DNA from: Octopus bimaculoides
Lineage: Eukaryota
Direction: 5' to 3'
Assembly (NCBI RefSeq): GCF_001194135.2
Contig: NC_068987.1
Coordinates: forward strand, 193,183-257,182
DNA length: 64,000 nucleotides
A model generated the notes under the pieces. That model did no database searches. It was not told the DNA's origin and saw only the letters and a list, made by a program, of their open reading frames with translations. Positions within the stretch are counted from its first letter, which is position 1. Every line of letters starts with the position of its first letter. The position numbers were made by a program, and so were the translations under genes. Positions 1 to 12,630 of this stretch are shown one piece after another.

Positions 1-259
1 GCCCTCCCCTACCCTGACTCCTATTCACAGTCCTTCCTCTCTATATTCTTGTCTTTCTAGAATCCCCAAAGGTTTTCACAATGCTGATTACACTTGGTTC
101 TCTAGAGCCATGGCCACCAGCCCTTTCAGACCAGTCCAATAAAAGAAAACCATCCAATTGTTTTCCATTCATGTAAAGACATGTGGGTGAACATGTATTT
201 GGAAACATGCATGGTGCACTTGCATGAAACGAGAGTGAATGGTAGTTTGAAATCCTTAC

Positions 260-374
260 CTCTTCACAGATATCCAGTTTACTCTGGGATCGGCCAAAGA
301 TAAGGATGATCCTTACAATATAAGGAGGGGGCAAAGTAGGGTCCTCCATGATGGGAAGTTCACAGTTGCGAAGG
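260..374 (-). CDS. BABAM1: BABAM1/MERIT40 coding exon 5 (gene continues beyond the left edge)
   Basis: Acceptor tctcatctccatttcAG and donor GTaagg; 115 nt, phase 2 in, phase 0 out. Encodes (I)LRNCELPIMEDPTLPPPYIVRIILIFGRSQSKLDICEE, matching the MERIT40 ELP..PPPYVVRTILVYSR segment. Confidence 0.9.
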
Positions 375-737
375 CTGAAATGGAGATGAGAAACAAGCAA
401 AAGATTAAAGGTAAAGAACAAGAACAACAATAAGTGCCAATGATGGCAGGAGAAGAGGTTAAAGAGATAAGACATTCATTTGCAACAGGTGTACAACAGG
501 TGTATTTACACTTCAGTTTTGACATTATCAACCATATCAATATGAACCTAGTCAGTGCAATCAACTTTGTTAGTCAAAGTCAGCTCAGGGTCAATATATT
601 TCCTTAAATATACATAGTAAATAGGGGCTAAGCTCCTTTTGGATACTCAAGATGAGTGAGCTGCATCTTTTTAAGAGAGTAAAGAAATGTGAATAAGCAA
701 TATCTTTGTCATTATCTTGAAATACTAAAGAGTAAAT

Positions 738-1750
738 TTATTCAATAAAATCGCCAATGGCTCCAACCATGGCCTCCAGACGACTTCCAAATCTCCTGCA
801 ACTCTTCTGGATGGTCTCCTTGCTTAAGTTGGTGAATGCTGCCATAATCCTTGCCTTCAGTTCATCTTTGGTGTTACAAGGAATTTTCTTGGTCTTTCGC
901 TCAACTGAGCCCCACACACAATAATCAAGGGGGTTGCAGTCTGGTGAGTTAGGTGGCCAGATGTTAGGGGTGATGTGGTTGCAGAAATTGTCTGACAGCC
1001 ATGACTGGGTTCTGTTTGTGTGACACGGTGCAGAGTCCTGTTGCCAGAAATAGGGTCTTCCAGCAGCCACTCTCTTTGACCTAGGGCAGCACTACCTCCT
1101 CCAGGCACTTGATTTAGGCCTCCATGTTGAGTGTGAGGCCGAGTGGGAAGATGAATGTAGGCATAGCATCACCATCACTAGTGATCACTCCAAACACCAC
1201 AATGTTGATTGGATGTTTGATTTTTATCACTCTCGCTACATGTTTTGGGGACACGGCAAGCCAACGCTTGTTCTGTGAGTTCACCATCTGATCGTGGCAG
1301 AAGTTTTTCTCATCTGAGAAAAACCAAAGCATGTTCGGTTGGAGGGGATGCTTGAGTTTGTTCAAAAGCTTTGTAGTGTGGTCTTTCCCCTTGTCCTTAA
1401 TGGCTTGGCATAAAAATTGGCTCTTCCTCATCTTGTACGAGGAATACCGAATGTTTTCGTGCCCAACCTGCCTGATAAGAATCTCAGACACTCCCATGGC
1501 TCTGGACCTTATTGATTTGGAAGGTTCTTTGTTAATCATGGCCTGGATCTCACCAACAACTTCAAGAGTTCTTTTCTTATCAAAATGATCAGAGTGAGTA
1601 TTCCGAGCTGCCATACCTTCGTAATTACCATTAGACTCATCAGCTATACTGTCATCAGATTGACACCCAAACACTCTGAAATGTTTGTATTGGAGCTTCT
1701 GGTGCAAATGCCAAGCAGTACAGCGTGTCGTTTCCAGATTTCTAGCAGAG
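738..1750 (-). mobile_element. Decayed Tc1/mariner-superfamily transposase, maT (DD37D)-like, in BABAM1 intron 4
   Basis: Two frameshifted ORFs (1114-1707, 738-1070) carry WFFSDEKNF, WQQDSAPCH and WPPNSPDCNPLDY. There are 36 residues between the 2nd and 3rd Asp in this copy, closest to DD37D. TIRs not resolved. Confidence 0.85.
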
Positions 1751-2192
1751 TGAATAGTGTTATGATGCTGTTTTTCTTACAGACAGTGCCCAACTAACCC
1801 TACTGTACTGTGTAGTCGACAAAATCAGAGACAAACAATGAGCATGCCCAAAATTAGAAATATAAAATAGTAAACAATTTATCCATCGCACCCTGCATGT
1901 ATATATATGTGGATATTTTACACCTGACATACTAAATGCCTGTATAATTTTCAGTAATGTAAGGTGTGACAATGTTTCTCAAATAAAACTTGTAATTCAT
2001 TTACAAAACTTTTTTTATGTTGCCATTCTTTTACAATTCTGCTAGAAATACTCACCGATACCAATGTCTGGTTTGAAAGAAGAATACTTTGCTCCATTTG
2101 AGGGTGACAACATTTCAGTTGTTGATGTTGAAAGTCTGACAGATGACAATGCAGCTATCACAATTTCATCATCATCATCAATCACAGCTGCA

Positions 2193-2276
2193 TTGTCATC
2201 TATCACAATTTCATCATCATCAGTCAGCTGACAATGCAGCTGTGACTGATGATGATGAAATTGTGATAGATGACAA
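2193..2276. repeat. Perfect 34-bp inverted repeat with a 16-nt loop
   Basis: 2193-2226 ttgtcatctatcacaatttcatcatcatcagtca is the exact reverse complement of 2243-2276. Confidence 0.95.
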
Positions 2277-2379
2277 GATTGAGATTGATGAGATTGTCAG
2301 ATCTGAGGAGGAAGCTCGGTATAATTTGATGAACTTCCTTGTGTCAAGCAAATTCACTGAGAAGGTTTTGTCAGTTCAG

Positions 2380-2660
2380 GACTATAGCAGATGTCATTTC
2401 TCAGAAGTGAATTGGTCAAGTTTGAAATATGTGAGCAGAAACTAGAATTGAGAAGTCTAAGAATAAACGTAGCAAAGACAAAAGTCACAGGAGAAAATTT
2501 TTCTGATCTCTACTATCGTCAGGTAAGTGGCCCTTTTTGATGTAAAGGAGAGGTGTAAGCAGGAACTCTATACGAAATAGTGTAAGCAAGAGATGAAGCG
2601 AAATCACAGACTGAGTGAGAAAACATAAATGTGCAAGTGTGGCTAACATTAAGAATACTC
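2380..2660 (+). mobile_element. RTE-type LINE reverse-transcriptase fragment
   Basis: KFEICEQKLELRSLRINVAKTKV parallels KFQMWKQGLVSKSLRVNLSKAKA of the RT fragment at 33428-33763. It is followed by a decayed GKWP..GVSRNSI Cys-rich segment. Confidence 0.6.
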
Positions 2661-2833
2661 ATGAAATGAATTCTTTCAAATAACCAAAATACTCTGTAGA
2701 AATAGTAGACAGTCCTTTGTAATGAAGCCTTGTAAAAAAAAAAAAAATGTTACTATTAACATGTTTGGAGTTACAACCTGATGAAAATATTGGTAGAATA
2801 TGGCAGAAAGATACAGATTAGACTAGTACTTAC

Positions 2834-2940
2834 ATAGTCTTCAGCACGGACCCAACATCAAGATTTGAACACTTGTAAGTTTCATCCAAATTTTCCAACA
2901 AATTTGCAATTTCCCTGGGGTCATTAGTAAAACTGTGGTA
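2834..2940 (-). CDS. BABAM1: BABAM1/MERIT40 coding exon 4
   Basis: Acceptor ttttcttctcatctattttAG and donor GTaagt; 107 nt. Encodes YHSFTNDPREIANLLENLDETYKCSNLDVGSVLKT, matching MERIT40 TSDPRELCSCLYDLETASCSTFNLEGLF. Confidence 0.92.
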
Positions 2941-3188
2941 CTAAAATAGATGAGAAGAAAAGAAATGGTTGAAGAGATGGCATCCCTAAAATCAATATTA
3001 GTTTTTTTAATGCAGTGATTGAGAAGAAGGGGTGGCTAGGGTAGTGTTTAACCAGTAGCTCAGCCCCGATCCAGTAAATCTGTTATTAAACATCAAAGTC
3101 AGAATCACACAGCAGAGTTGGATAAAAGTATGGTCCATGAAAACGAAAAAAAATACAAGCTCAGAATGGACTGTCAGAGAGAACACAA

Positions 3189-3304
3189 CCTGTCTAGACT
3201 GGACAACCATAGGAAACATATCCTGTCTAGACTGGACAGCCATAGGAAACATATCCTGTCTAGACTGGACAGCCATAGGAAACATATCCTGTCTAGACTG
3301 GACA
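3189..3304 (+). repeat. 33-bp tandem repeat, 3.5 copies
   Basis: Unit cctgtctagactggacagccataggaaacatat starts at 3189, 3222, 3255 and 3288 (partial). Confidence 0.95.
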
Positions 3305-3941
3305 TTTGAGAATCTACACGTCGAGATGGTAACATTGTTTCACATACATTTAACCTGACCCCAAAAGGAAAAATCTACATCAGTCATGCACCACATGTGG
3401 CCCATGGGACATTCGAAATGGCACACCTAATGAAAAATTACCTTGAAGGTGTTTGTAGTAATGCAGCTCACCTGGTGATGAGTTATGTCCAATGCAATCC
3501 ACTCCTTAGAAAGGGCTGTCAAGTCTGCTCTACATGGTCACTTGAATTGCTAGAAATAACAGCTTAATCTACATCAAATTACAACCTACCAGCCTCAAAA
3601 AGGATGGAAACTTGGAATCCTAAATATAGAAAAAGGTAAGATCGTATATGGAATGCCTTGGACCATAGGTTTGATTAACCAGAGCAGGACTAACGCTAAA
3701 CAACAATATATGTAATTAACCACTGCATGCCAGAAGTAAAGTGTGTGTGTACACTTTCAAATGATTCTTCATCAGGTTATATTTTGGGTGCAACATCTTC
3801 AATGGAAAGTGATCTGCTCAGGTAGAAGTGAACTGTGTTGTAGGACACCCACACACACACACAATATGGCCTACCCAGACAGCACTGTTATGTGGTAAAA
3901 CATGCACAAACACACACACATTAATAAGCAAGGTGACCTAC

Positions 3942-4062
3942 CCAGGTGGCAGTATCATGGAGTGTGACAAAAGCAAACCGATGATGGTTGTCTAGTCTGT
4001 GTTTACTTTGGACAAATAAACCAATTGTTCTTTTGACCAGTTGAAGAGTAGAAAAGCGATCT
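3942..4062 (-). CDS. BABAM1: BABAM1/MERIT40 coding exon 3
   Basis: Acceptor aatatttcAG and donor GTaggt; 121 nt. Encodes (G)DRFSTLQLVKRTIGLFVQSKHRLDNHHRFAFVTLHDTATW, matching vWA-domain KMIEMFVRTKHKIDKSHEFALVVV. Confidence 0.93.
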
Positions 4063-5358
4063 CTGAAATATTAAAAAGAGTTTTACGATCTTCACCAAAC
4101 ATCAGAACTGATTGATCAATCAACATGAAATTGTCAAATAAAATACGACCTAAAATATGTTGTCATCACCATGGCCACCACTGTCATTGCTGTCCATGCT
4201 GTCCATGCTGGCACACTTTGCCACAGTCTGATAATATTCATTCAAAGTCATTATCCTCCTTAGAGAACCAAGTCTTGCTTCTACGTTTTATTTATTTATT
4301 TTTTTTTTTTTGTTGGGGGTCAACAGTTGAAGGTCCTGTCTCTAACCACTTAACAGAGTGAAATGAGTAGAGTTTAGAACTGAACTTTGTCTTCTTTTAT
4401 GCTACATTTCTGGGAATAACCTCTGTTAATTTACTCTCTGCACCCTTCAAATCAAAGTAACAAGGCTTGGAAGGATATAAAAAAGGTAATTTGATGATTT
4501 GGGTAAATAGTTTTTAAATTAATTATACATCACAATTATGTAATTATGCATTTGGTGTTGTTTATCTTAACGAAAACAGCTGCTGAGCAAAATAAAAGCA
4601 ACATGTAAAATTTATGCTTTTCTGCTAAATATGAGACTAGAATATGGAAGATATTGCAAGCAAGATGTTGTCTCTCTTCCTCCAGCTGGGACTAAAGAAA
4701 AAGAGATGATAGTGTTCCACACGTCAGTAGTTTGGTAAGGGAGTAAAGGAGGTTAGTTCAACAGATGATTCCATCTCAGTAATTAAAGTCCATGAATGAT
4801 TCAGTAATGAAATGGAGTAGCCATCTCTATGGTAACAACATTTTCTCTAAAAAAAGGATTGACTCACCTCCCAGAATATTGGTTTCTGCTTGTTCTCTTT
4901 CTCTAAATACTGGGGTAGCTACATACCCGCCCCACCTAAGACAGTCATCGTTGATCCTTGCATCACCACGTCCTACTGTGTCCCAGGGAGCCATCCAACC
5001 CTTTCAACAGTATTCAGATGACTTCTGTGTCAAATGTAAAACTTATTTATTCACATTGTTTTCAATTAATCATGCATTATCTCATAGCTTTGAGATTTCA
5101 ACAATAAGACTGTTTACTTTTAGAATGACATTGCTGGGTAGGTTTGAGAGGCTGGATATGGTTGGTTTGATCAAGAAACAAATAGAATATTTGGACCCTG
5201 GACATGGCTGCTTTAAATGCTAAAAGATTCAACACTTGTATTAATTAGTGCTATTAATTAGTGTCACTAAGCTGTGGTCGTAAATGTGTATCATTGGAGA
5301 GTATTACTGATCTTTGCTATCGAAGTGTGGTGAAATACAAAAATACGTTTAGACTTAC

Positions 5359-5417
5359 CCAGCTCTTGAAAGAAATTTCATCCGTTCCATTTCTGAACTG
5401 AGATCCAAACACAATAC
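5359..5417 (-). CDS. BABAM1: BABAM1/MERIT40 coding exon 2
   Basis: Acceptor ttctcctcttacacAG and donor GTaagt; 59 nt. Encodes VLCLDLSSEMERMKFLSRA(G), matching IICLDLSEEM. Confidence 0.93.
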
Positions 5418-5559
5418 CTGTGTAAGAGGAGAAAATAGTATGGAGAAGAAGGAGAAAGAGAGAGGAGGGGGGGAGGTAAGAAGACATGTGAGAAGGAGGT
5501 GGTAAAACAGTAAGTATGGTATAAATCAATTAATAAACAGAAAACCAAGGAGAAAAAAA

Positions 5560-5960
5560 ACAAATGTATACCCATTCAGAAAGCACACTACATTTGAGGC
5601 TTCTCATGTTCAACTTTTCTCTCAGGGCGCTTACACTCTGTCGTGTCTGCACACTGACATTACCCATCCAGCAGATCATACTAACTTCATTCCTTGCAAG
5701 CCTCTTTGCATCTCCTCAGCATTCATGGCCCATGTTTCACTGCCATGTTGCATGGCTGTTCACACACATCATACAGTCTACCTTTCACTCTGAGTGAGCG
5801 GCCCTTTGTTGCCAGCAGAGGTAGGAGCTTTCTGAACTTTGCTCAGGCTACCCTTATTCTAGCAGCTACGCTCTCAGAGCATCCACCCCCCACTACAGTA
5901 TTGGTCACTTAGGTAGCACAACTTTGCAACTGTTATCATTGACTTTCCCTCTGCAGTGGA
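5560..5960 (-). mobile_element. RTE LINE RT C-terminal fragment
   Basis: Closely similar to 22900-23310 (e.g. catacagtctacctttcact, agcagaggtaggag, tgaactttgctcaggcta). Confidence 0.75.
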
Positions 5961-7967
5961 CTATCTTTCAATATACAGAACAATGCCCACCTCTTAGCTT
6001 TTTATCTTTGTTCCCAACAGAATGTATCTTCATTCTATGTACAATATGCTGAATCCGCTAGCATTCAACTTCATTCTCCCCATCAATATAGAGTGTGCTG
6101 CATCACAATTCTTTCCCTCTTCTCACCTTGATACACCACTGAACCACTCTTTCTGATTATGGATTTACCTAAAGAAGACCTGCTGATCCAATTAGATTTA
6201 ATTGGACCCCCCACCCCACCACCATCCTCCTGCTGCACATATTGAACCACAACAAATCTCATTGATGAGGAGCAAACTTTCCACTCCTCTAACCAATATT
6301 TCTCCAATGATGGAATATTTGATTTATGGAGTCTTCACTCGATACGATGCTCCAAGAGCTGAGATATCCCAGAAACAGCTGCCAGGGACTACCTTTACCA
6401 GTTTATACCATTTTTATCATTCGTTATGTAGTCAAATTTTTAGATTGAATCAAATGAAATCAAATCTCCTGGTCCTGCCCCCACTAATCCTTTGCCTCTT
6501 CACATTGCTTTCACTGAGTCAAAGGGAAGCCACCATTAGCCATTTTTGAAATGAGACATTTACACAACCACAACCGCAGTTCTAACTGGAATTTTGGTGG
6601 CACATCTATTTAAGCATTCAGAACACATACCTATTAGTATGAGTCATCTTGACCTTAACCTCTTATATATATATATATATCTAGAGAGAGAGAGAGAGAC
6701 AATGGGCTTCTTTCAGTTTCCACCTACCAAATATAATCACAAGGCTTTCGTCAGCCTGAGACTACAGTAGAAGATACTTGCTCAAGGTGCCATACAGTAG
6801 GACTGAACTTGGAAGCAAGCTTCTTACCGTTCAGCCACGCCTGTGCCTATCTGTAAATAAACCAACACCAGTTGTCACGTAAACACAATCACACATATAC
6901 ACGACAGGCTTCTATACAGTTTCTGTCCAAATCAATTCCCAAGACATTAGTTGGTGCAGGACTATAGTAGAAGACATTTGCTCTGGGTGGTGTGTCGTGT
7001 GACCGAACTCAAAAGACACAGAGTTGTGACATGAACTTCTTAATTCCAAAACTAAACATGACATTAGATAATTGTTTTACATAAAGGAGAGAACAAAATA
7101 ATTTTCTCTAATTCTGTTTAATCCTGTGGTGGCTTTAAGCTAATGACAGTCACGTGGTGATGTATATATATATAGAGAGAGATATTTTGCGTATGTAGAC
7201 AAAATTCTTGTGTCTGGAGTTACATTGTACGTGTTTTGTTTTTTTTTATTATTATTCTATGTTGTATGTTCAGCTTTATCTTAAAGTAATATTTTCTTTA
7301 TATCTAGTTTAATGTTCGAGTTTTTACAATATGTGTATAGTTAATTTTGGAACAACGTCATTAATTCATGAGGAGAGGGCGCAAGTTGATTACATTGACT
7401 GCATTATTTGACTAATACTTTATTTTATCAACTCTGAGAGGGTGAAAGGCAAAGTTGACCTTAGCAGTATTTGAACTCAGACGTTAAGAGACGGAAAAAA
7501 GTCGCGAAGCATTCTGTTCGGCGTGCAAAACGATTCTGTCAACTGATAAGACAATAAAAACACAACATACACATATAATATAACGATAAAGAAAACACAA
7601 TTTCTAATAAAACAAACAGAAAATATAAATTCTATCCCAGACAAACTATGACTCAACAATACTTATGATTACGGTCAACATTTCAAAATATTTGTTTTAG
7701 GAATAAATATTTTGTGGGTCATATCTTTTGTTTTTGAAACATTTACGATGGTTAAACGTGTAGCTAGAACAACAGTAACAATTACAAAACACAACTCCCA
7801 GCTAACGAGGGAGCTCCTATGCGATCGTTCACCCTGTTAGAAATAGCAACTACATTTCTTTTAAATCGCATGCAACTATTAAAAGAACGGAAAGAACACA
7901 TTGAACAGAATAATCCGAGGAGAAATGGAATGGTTAAACTCCAACAACAATTACTGCTACTACTTAC

Positions 7968-8366
7968 AAGTTTCTCGGGACAGTTAACACCGGCGCATAT
8001 TTTCGGGATGGCCACATGTTCCGAGTCTGTTTGGTCGTACTGTGTCCGTCGAAGGTCAGCAGGGAAGTTAGTAGACATCAAATTGCTTGCAGCGGATGTA
8101 GGTCGACATCCGAGTTTCATGGTAGTGTCCACCTCTCGTAGATTAGCAATTAATGACGACGCCGATGAACTGGAATTGAGCGAAGTAGCAGAGGTACAGG
8201 AACCAGACATCGCAGAAGATGGACTCGAAGCCGTGGTCGACCGTCCTGGCAACTCAATAATATCGTATTCAGGCAGCACACTTGCCACCAATTGGGCCTG
8301 CAGTTTCATTTCATTTTGTTCATTTCTCTCGGAATTTTTCATGTCGTGGTCTTCACTATTATCCAT
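7968..8366 (-). CDS. BABAM1: BABAM1/MERIT40 first coding exon (Ser-rich N-terminus ending VNCPEKL)
   Basis: ATG in aaaATGg context; 399 nt ending at a GTAAGT donor (7967-7962). GVNCPEKL spliced to VLCLDLS reproduces the MERIT40 hallmark VNCPEKVIICLDLS. All phases are consistent across the 5 exons. Confidence 0.92.
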
Positions 8367-9231
8367 TTTGAAAGCTCAGACATTCCAGACTTGACGTAAA
8401 TGTCGTGGTGGTCACACTTGCCACTTCTAATATTTGACAAAAGAAATTTCTTCACCGAAATTTTACAAGAGCAAAGGGGAGACAATCAGTGTTTGACGAA
8501 GAAAAATAATTAAGAAAAGCAAAAAAAAAAAAAAAATTTAGATTTTTTAATAAATAGTTTTAAAGAAATAAATTGAATTTAATGGAGAACAACTTCATCT
8601 GAAATGAGTTAATGTTTACAATATACACCGGCATGAAAAATCGCCCCCCCCCTCCTTTTTTCCCCTGAAATTTTTTCAGCGAATTCCTGTTTTCGATGAC
8701 GGAGATTCTGAACAGGCCGAAAACCATTTTTACAAAATTTTAAATCCCACCTCCCTACCCTATATTTTTTAAATTTTAACTTTTGTTTTTAATTGTTTTT
8801 TTTTCAATCGACGTGGGAAAATATGGAGATTANNNNNNNNNNNNNNNNNNNNNNNNNNNNNNNNNNNNNNNNNNNNNNNNNNNNNNNNNNNNNNNNNNNN
8901 NNNNNNNNNNNNNNNNNNNNNNNNNNNNNNNNNNNNNNNNNNNNNNNNNNNNNNNNNNNNNNNNNNNNNNNNNNNNNNNNNNNNNNNNNNNNNNNNNNNN
9001 NNNNNNNNNNNNNNNNNNNNNNNNNNNNNNNNNNNNNNNNNNNNNNNNNNNNNNNNATCTGCTCACCTTTCTGCAAAAGTTTCTTTCAGAGTAATTTCCC
9101 GCAGCAATATGACAAAATGAAATGAAAAAGTTAATTTTTTATTTAAAGAAATTCTGGAAATTTTTCTTCGCCGTAAATCCATTCATTTCTCGATAAATAG
9201 ATTCGTCGACGCGAGACCATTTCATATGCAT

Positions 9232-9990
9232 CAGATGTGGTGTGCAAGAGATACGACTTCACTACTATGGTCATGTGCTGCTTATGGATGAGGAGAGCTG
9301 TGTGAAGGAGTGCCACTCCCTAACAGTGGAAGAAACCCGTGGAAGAGGTAGACCCAGGAAGACATGGGATGAGGTGGTGAAGCATGACCTTCGAACGTTG
9401 GGCCTCACAGAAGCAATGACAAAAGACCGAGACCTCTGGAGATATGCTGTGATTGAGAAGGCCCGGCAATTAAAGTGAGATCACCATACCAGTGTCACAT
9501 AACCAGTCCATTTAAAAAGTACCTTTGAATCGTTGGGCAACTTTCCATGCTTGAGGAGACCCATTGAGTCAAGTAAAATCAAAATCACAATCACAATCAG
9601 AATCTCAATCAAATCGAAATCAAAATGGAAACTGAAGTTGTGGCAGATGCCAGTGCCGCCTGACTGGCTCCCTGTTCCAGTGGCACGCAAAACGTACCAT
9701 CCGAACATGGTTGATGCCAGCCCCTTGCCCCGAGTGGCTCCAGTGCCAGTAGCATGTAAAAAGCACCATCCGAACATGGCCGATGCCAGTATCACCTGAC
9801 TGGCTCCCATGCCGGTGGCACGTAAAAGCACCCACTACACTCTCGGAGTGGTTGACGTTAGGAAGGGCATCCAGCAGTAGAAACCTTGTCAGACCAGATT
9901 GGAGCCTGGTGCAACCTCCTGGCTTGCCAGTCCTCAGTCAAACCGTCCAACCCATGCCAGCATGGAAAACGGATGTTAAACAATGATGAT
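9232..9990 (+). mobile_element. 3' end of an RTE-type LINE (RT C-terminus plus 3'UTR with a (GAT)n-type tail)
   Basis: RLHYYGHVLLMDE..GRGRPRKTWDEVVKHDL is typical of the RTE C-terminus. The 3'UTR recurs in many copies across the window (e.g. 22330-22750, 38240-38460). Confidence 0.85.
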
Positions 9991-10574
9991 AATCTGCTAT
10001 GTGTCATCCATATATATTTAATATGCTATACGTATCTGTATAAACCCTATTCCACTATTGATTATTCTACAACATATATTCCACTGTTACCTTTTGTAAT
10101 CAACTCACAGACAGGTAGCATGTCTTCAACTCACACCTGTTTACTTTTTACATGGTATGAATTTCTTGATTTAAGGAGAACAAAAAAAAATCCCCAAATA
10201 TTTTGAAATTGCTTGAAAATTCAGAAGGCCAAGGCGTGTAGGGGGGGGGGCTCCTCATTTCTCTACCAAAAGTATTGTTCATTGGGAACTTTTGCCATGA
10301 AAGTTAGTCATGTTTATGATATACATTTGTAGCTTTTGCAAGGGATATGTCAATTATGTTGTAGATATGCAACTTTTGCATCAACTAAACCAGCGATCCC
10401 TTGAAAACTTCTTTGAAAGTGTATATAACCTGTTTGTAAGATCATGGACCCAGGTTTAAAGAAGCATATATTTTAGTAGTTTTTTATACTTACACTCGTA
10501 CATTTATGAAATGAGGAAGAGTATTTATTATAGAAAATAACAATGTCAAGAAACAAGTAAATCATTGACTACTA

Positions 10575-10940
10575 CAGCTTGCTTACCAACCACATAGTTC
10601 TGGGTTCAGTCCCACTGCGTGGCACCTTGGGCAAGTGTCTTCTACTATAGTCTCAGGCCAACCAAAGCCTTGTGAGTAGATTTGGTAGGCGGAAACTGAA
10701 AGAAGCCCGTCGTATATATATATGTATATATATGTGTATGTGTGTTTGTCCCCACAACATCGCTTGACAACCGATGCTGGTGTGTTTAGGTCCCCGTAAA
10801 TTAGCGGTTCGGCAAAAATGACCGATAGAATAAGTACTAGGCTTACAAAGAATAAGTCCTGGGGTCGATTTGCTCGACTATAGGCGGTGCTCCAGCATGG
10901 CCGCAGTCAAATGATTGAAACAAGTAAAAGAGTAAAAAGA
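10575..10940 (+). mobile_element. tRNA-derived SINE (abundant family)
   Basis: Head gggttcagtcccactgcgtggcaccttgggcaagtgtcttctactatag and tail ggcggtgctccagcatggccgcagtcaaatga recur at 13832, 29430, 34140, 61600 and 63830. Confidence 0.8.
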
Positions 10941-11144
10941 GTAAACCTATGATATTTGGGAAGTGACAAATGAAATTTTATTTTCCTGTTATTTTGGCAT
11001 TTTTATTTGATTCCCATGCTTTCATTAGCAATCTTCATCATGCTTCCAATTGGAAAAACCGAATATTCACACATACAAACCAAAATGTAATTATCACAAC
11101 GTTTAGTAAAACTCCAGTCATTAATGGTAATTCAGGTATTTCTA

Positions 11145-11354
11145 TTAGGTTGGTGCATAATTACTGCGATTTTTTTCAATAAATTTTATGCAACAAAAAA
11201 TTTAAACAAAACGCCAAGTAGAAATTGAAATAGATGGTGAACATGCTCCGAAATAATCATTTAAAGATGTTTTTGGTTATAAAGGTTATTATTGTTTTTG
11301 CTGAATAAAATTTATTGAAAAAAAAAAAGCCGCAATAATTATGCACCAACCTAA
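11145..11354. mobile_element. Mariner-type MITE, 210 bp, TA target-site duplication
   Basis: TIRs ttaggttggtgcataatta ... taattatgcaccaacctaa, flanked by TA (11143-44, 11355-56). The terminus resembles Hsmar1/MADE1. Confidence 0.9.
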
Positions 11355-11942
11355 TAATAGCAAGGATTTCAGAAACATAGGAATAAAGAGTAACCTCCCC
11401 TTATTTTCACAATACTTGTAATTGAATGTATATTACACGCACATACATACACATATGTATTATGCACATACATATGATAAAATGTTAAGTTTCTGTGCGC
11501 GCAATGATTAGGTCTCGAGTTTATGACGATCGAATAAACAGCAATTCTGTTAAAAAAAAATGTATTTCTTTATTATTAACAAAATATGGAATGTCTCTAC
11601 TACGAACGACAGAACAGGTAACTCACACAACAATAAGGAGGTGAGTTGCTGTGTCTCTGACACAGCAACAATAGAATCCACTGGAACAGTTTAATTGATT
11701 CTAGAAGTTAAGAGATTTAGTTGTGCCGCTACTCCCGTCGTTCATTCTCCTCTTCACTGCCACAGACACTGATCTTTGCTTCTCCATTCTGTCTGTAAGC
11801 TTCTGGCTAATATACGACAGTTGTTCTTGTCAGAACAAAAATTCACCAAAGGTGAATTTTTTTTCTTCTACCAGTAAATTGAATGGGTCGTTAATTATTG
11901 GCGACGGAAGCAGTATTAGTACCGAAAGGTAATCTGTATATC

Positions 11943-12058
11943 CAGGGTCAGCCCTAGGGTTGCTGGTACCCCGCTGACGGTCGTGGAAATTTCTTTGTTA
12001 CGCCCTCCTTGGCGCCTCTGGTAATTGCCCGAGCTGCCGGTACTTTGAACCGGCCCTG
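11943..12058. mobile_element. Short hAT-like MITE
   Basis: Ends cagggtcagccc ... accggccctg; the 8-bp flanks tgtatatc and tttatgtc match 6/8 (decayed TSD). Confidence 0.5.
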
Positions 12059-12630
12059 TTTATGTCCAACATAATGCGAATGCCTTGTTAGAAAACACCG
12101 AATATTGCGTTATTAGCCATGAGGGAACTTCTCAGATAGGTTCACCAAGCGCCTATAAGAGAGGATCTCTCAAGTCTAATAACGCAGTATTCCATGTTCT
12201 AACAAGGCATCCACATTAAGTTGGATAAACGGGTTGCTTTTTCAGTGGCTGATGTTTTTATGACAGCAGCAATATTTGAGTGGTTTGTATTGCTTACTGG
12301 TTTCGATTCCCTGTTACACAAACAGTTTTCGTCAACTGACATAATATAACAGGTACGTATGTACTATGATTGTTGAGTGTGGTTTACCTCTAAATCTCTG
12401 GCTTGAACCGCAATTGAAAAATGTGATGTTGAGACTACCCATCAAAGGCGACTAGAAGTGGTTTCTCCTTGAGCGGGTAGGTATAGACATATATTTGAAT
12501 ATAAAGAGATTGAAGATTCTTAGAATCTTTGGATATATGTTTATAGATGTCTTGTTCAAAATGCTCAGAGATAAAAAAAAGTTATTAAAATTACGTCAGA
12601 TTATTTGTACCTGGTCACAGGAGTAGTTGT

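Noticed and set aside
2391-2522. Plus-strand exon ending in a strong cag|GTAAGT donor
   Set aside because: The peptide matches RTE reverse transcriptase and the LINE homology continues past the apparent donor.
3189-3304. CRISPR-like array (33-bp palindromic repeats)
   Set aside because: The units are contiguous with no unique spacers, the context is eukaryotic, and there are no cas genes.
7782-7967. Hydrophobic, Cys-rich C-terminus of the 194-aa minus ORF as a TM protein
   Set aside because: It is read-through into the intron past the GTAAGT donor after VNCPEKL.
7819-8394. 191-aa plus-strand ORF
   Set aside because: It is the antisense shadow of BABAM1 exon 1; the minus frame has the homology and splice support.
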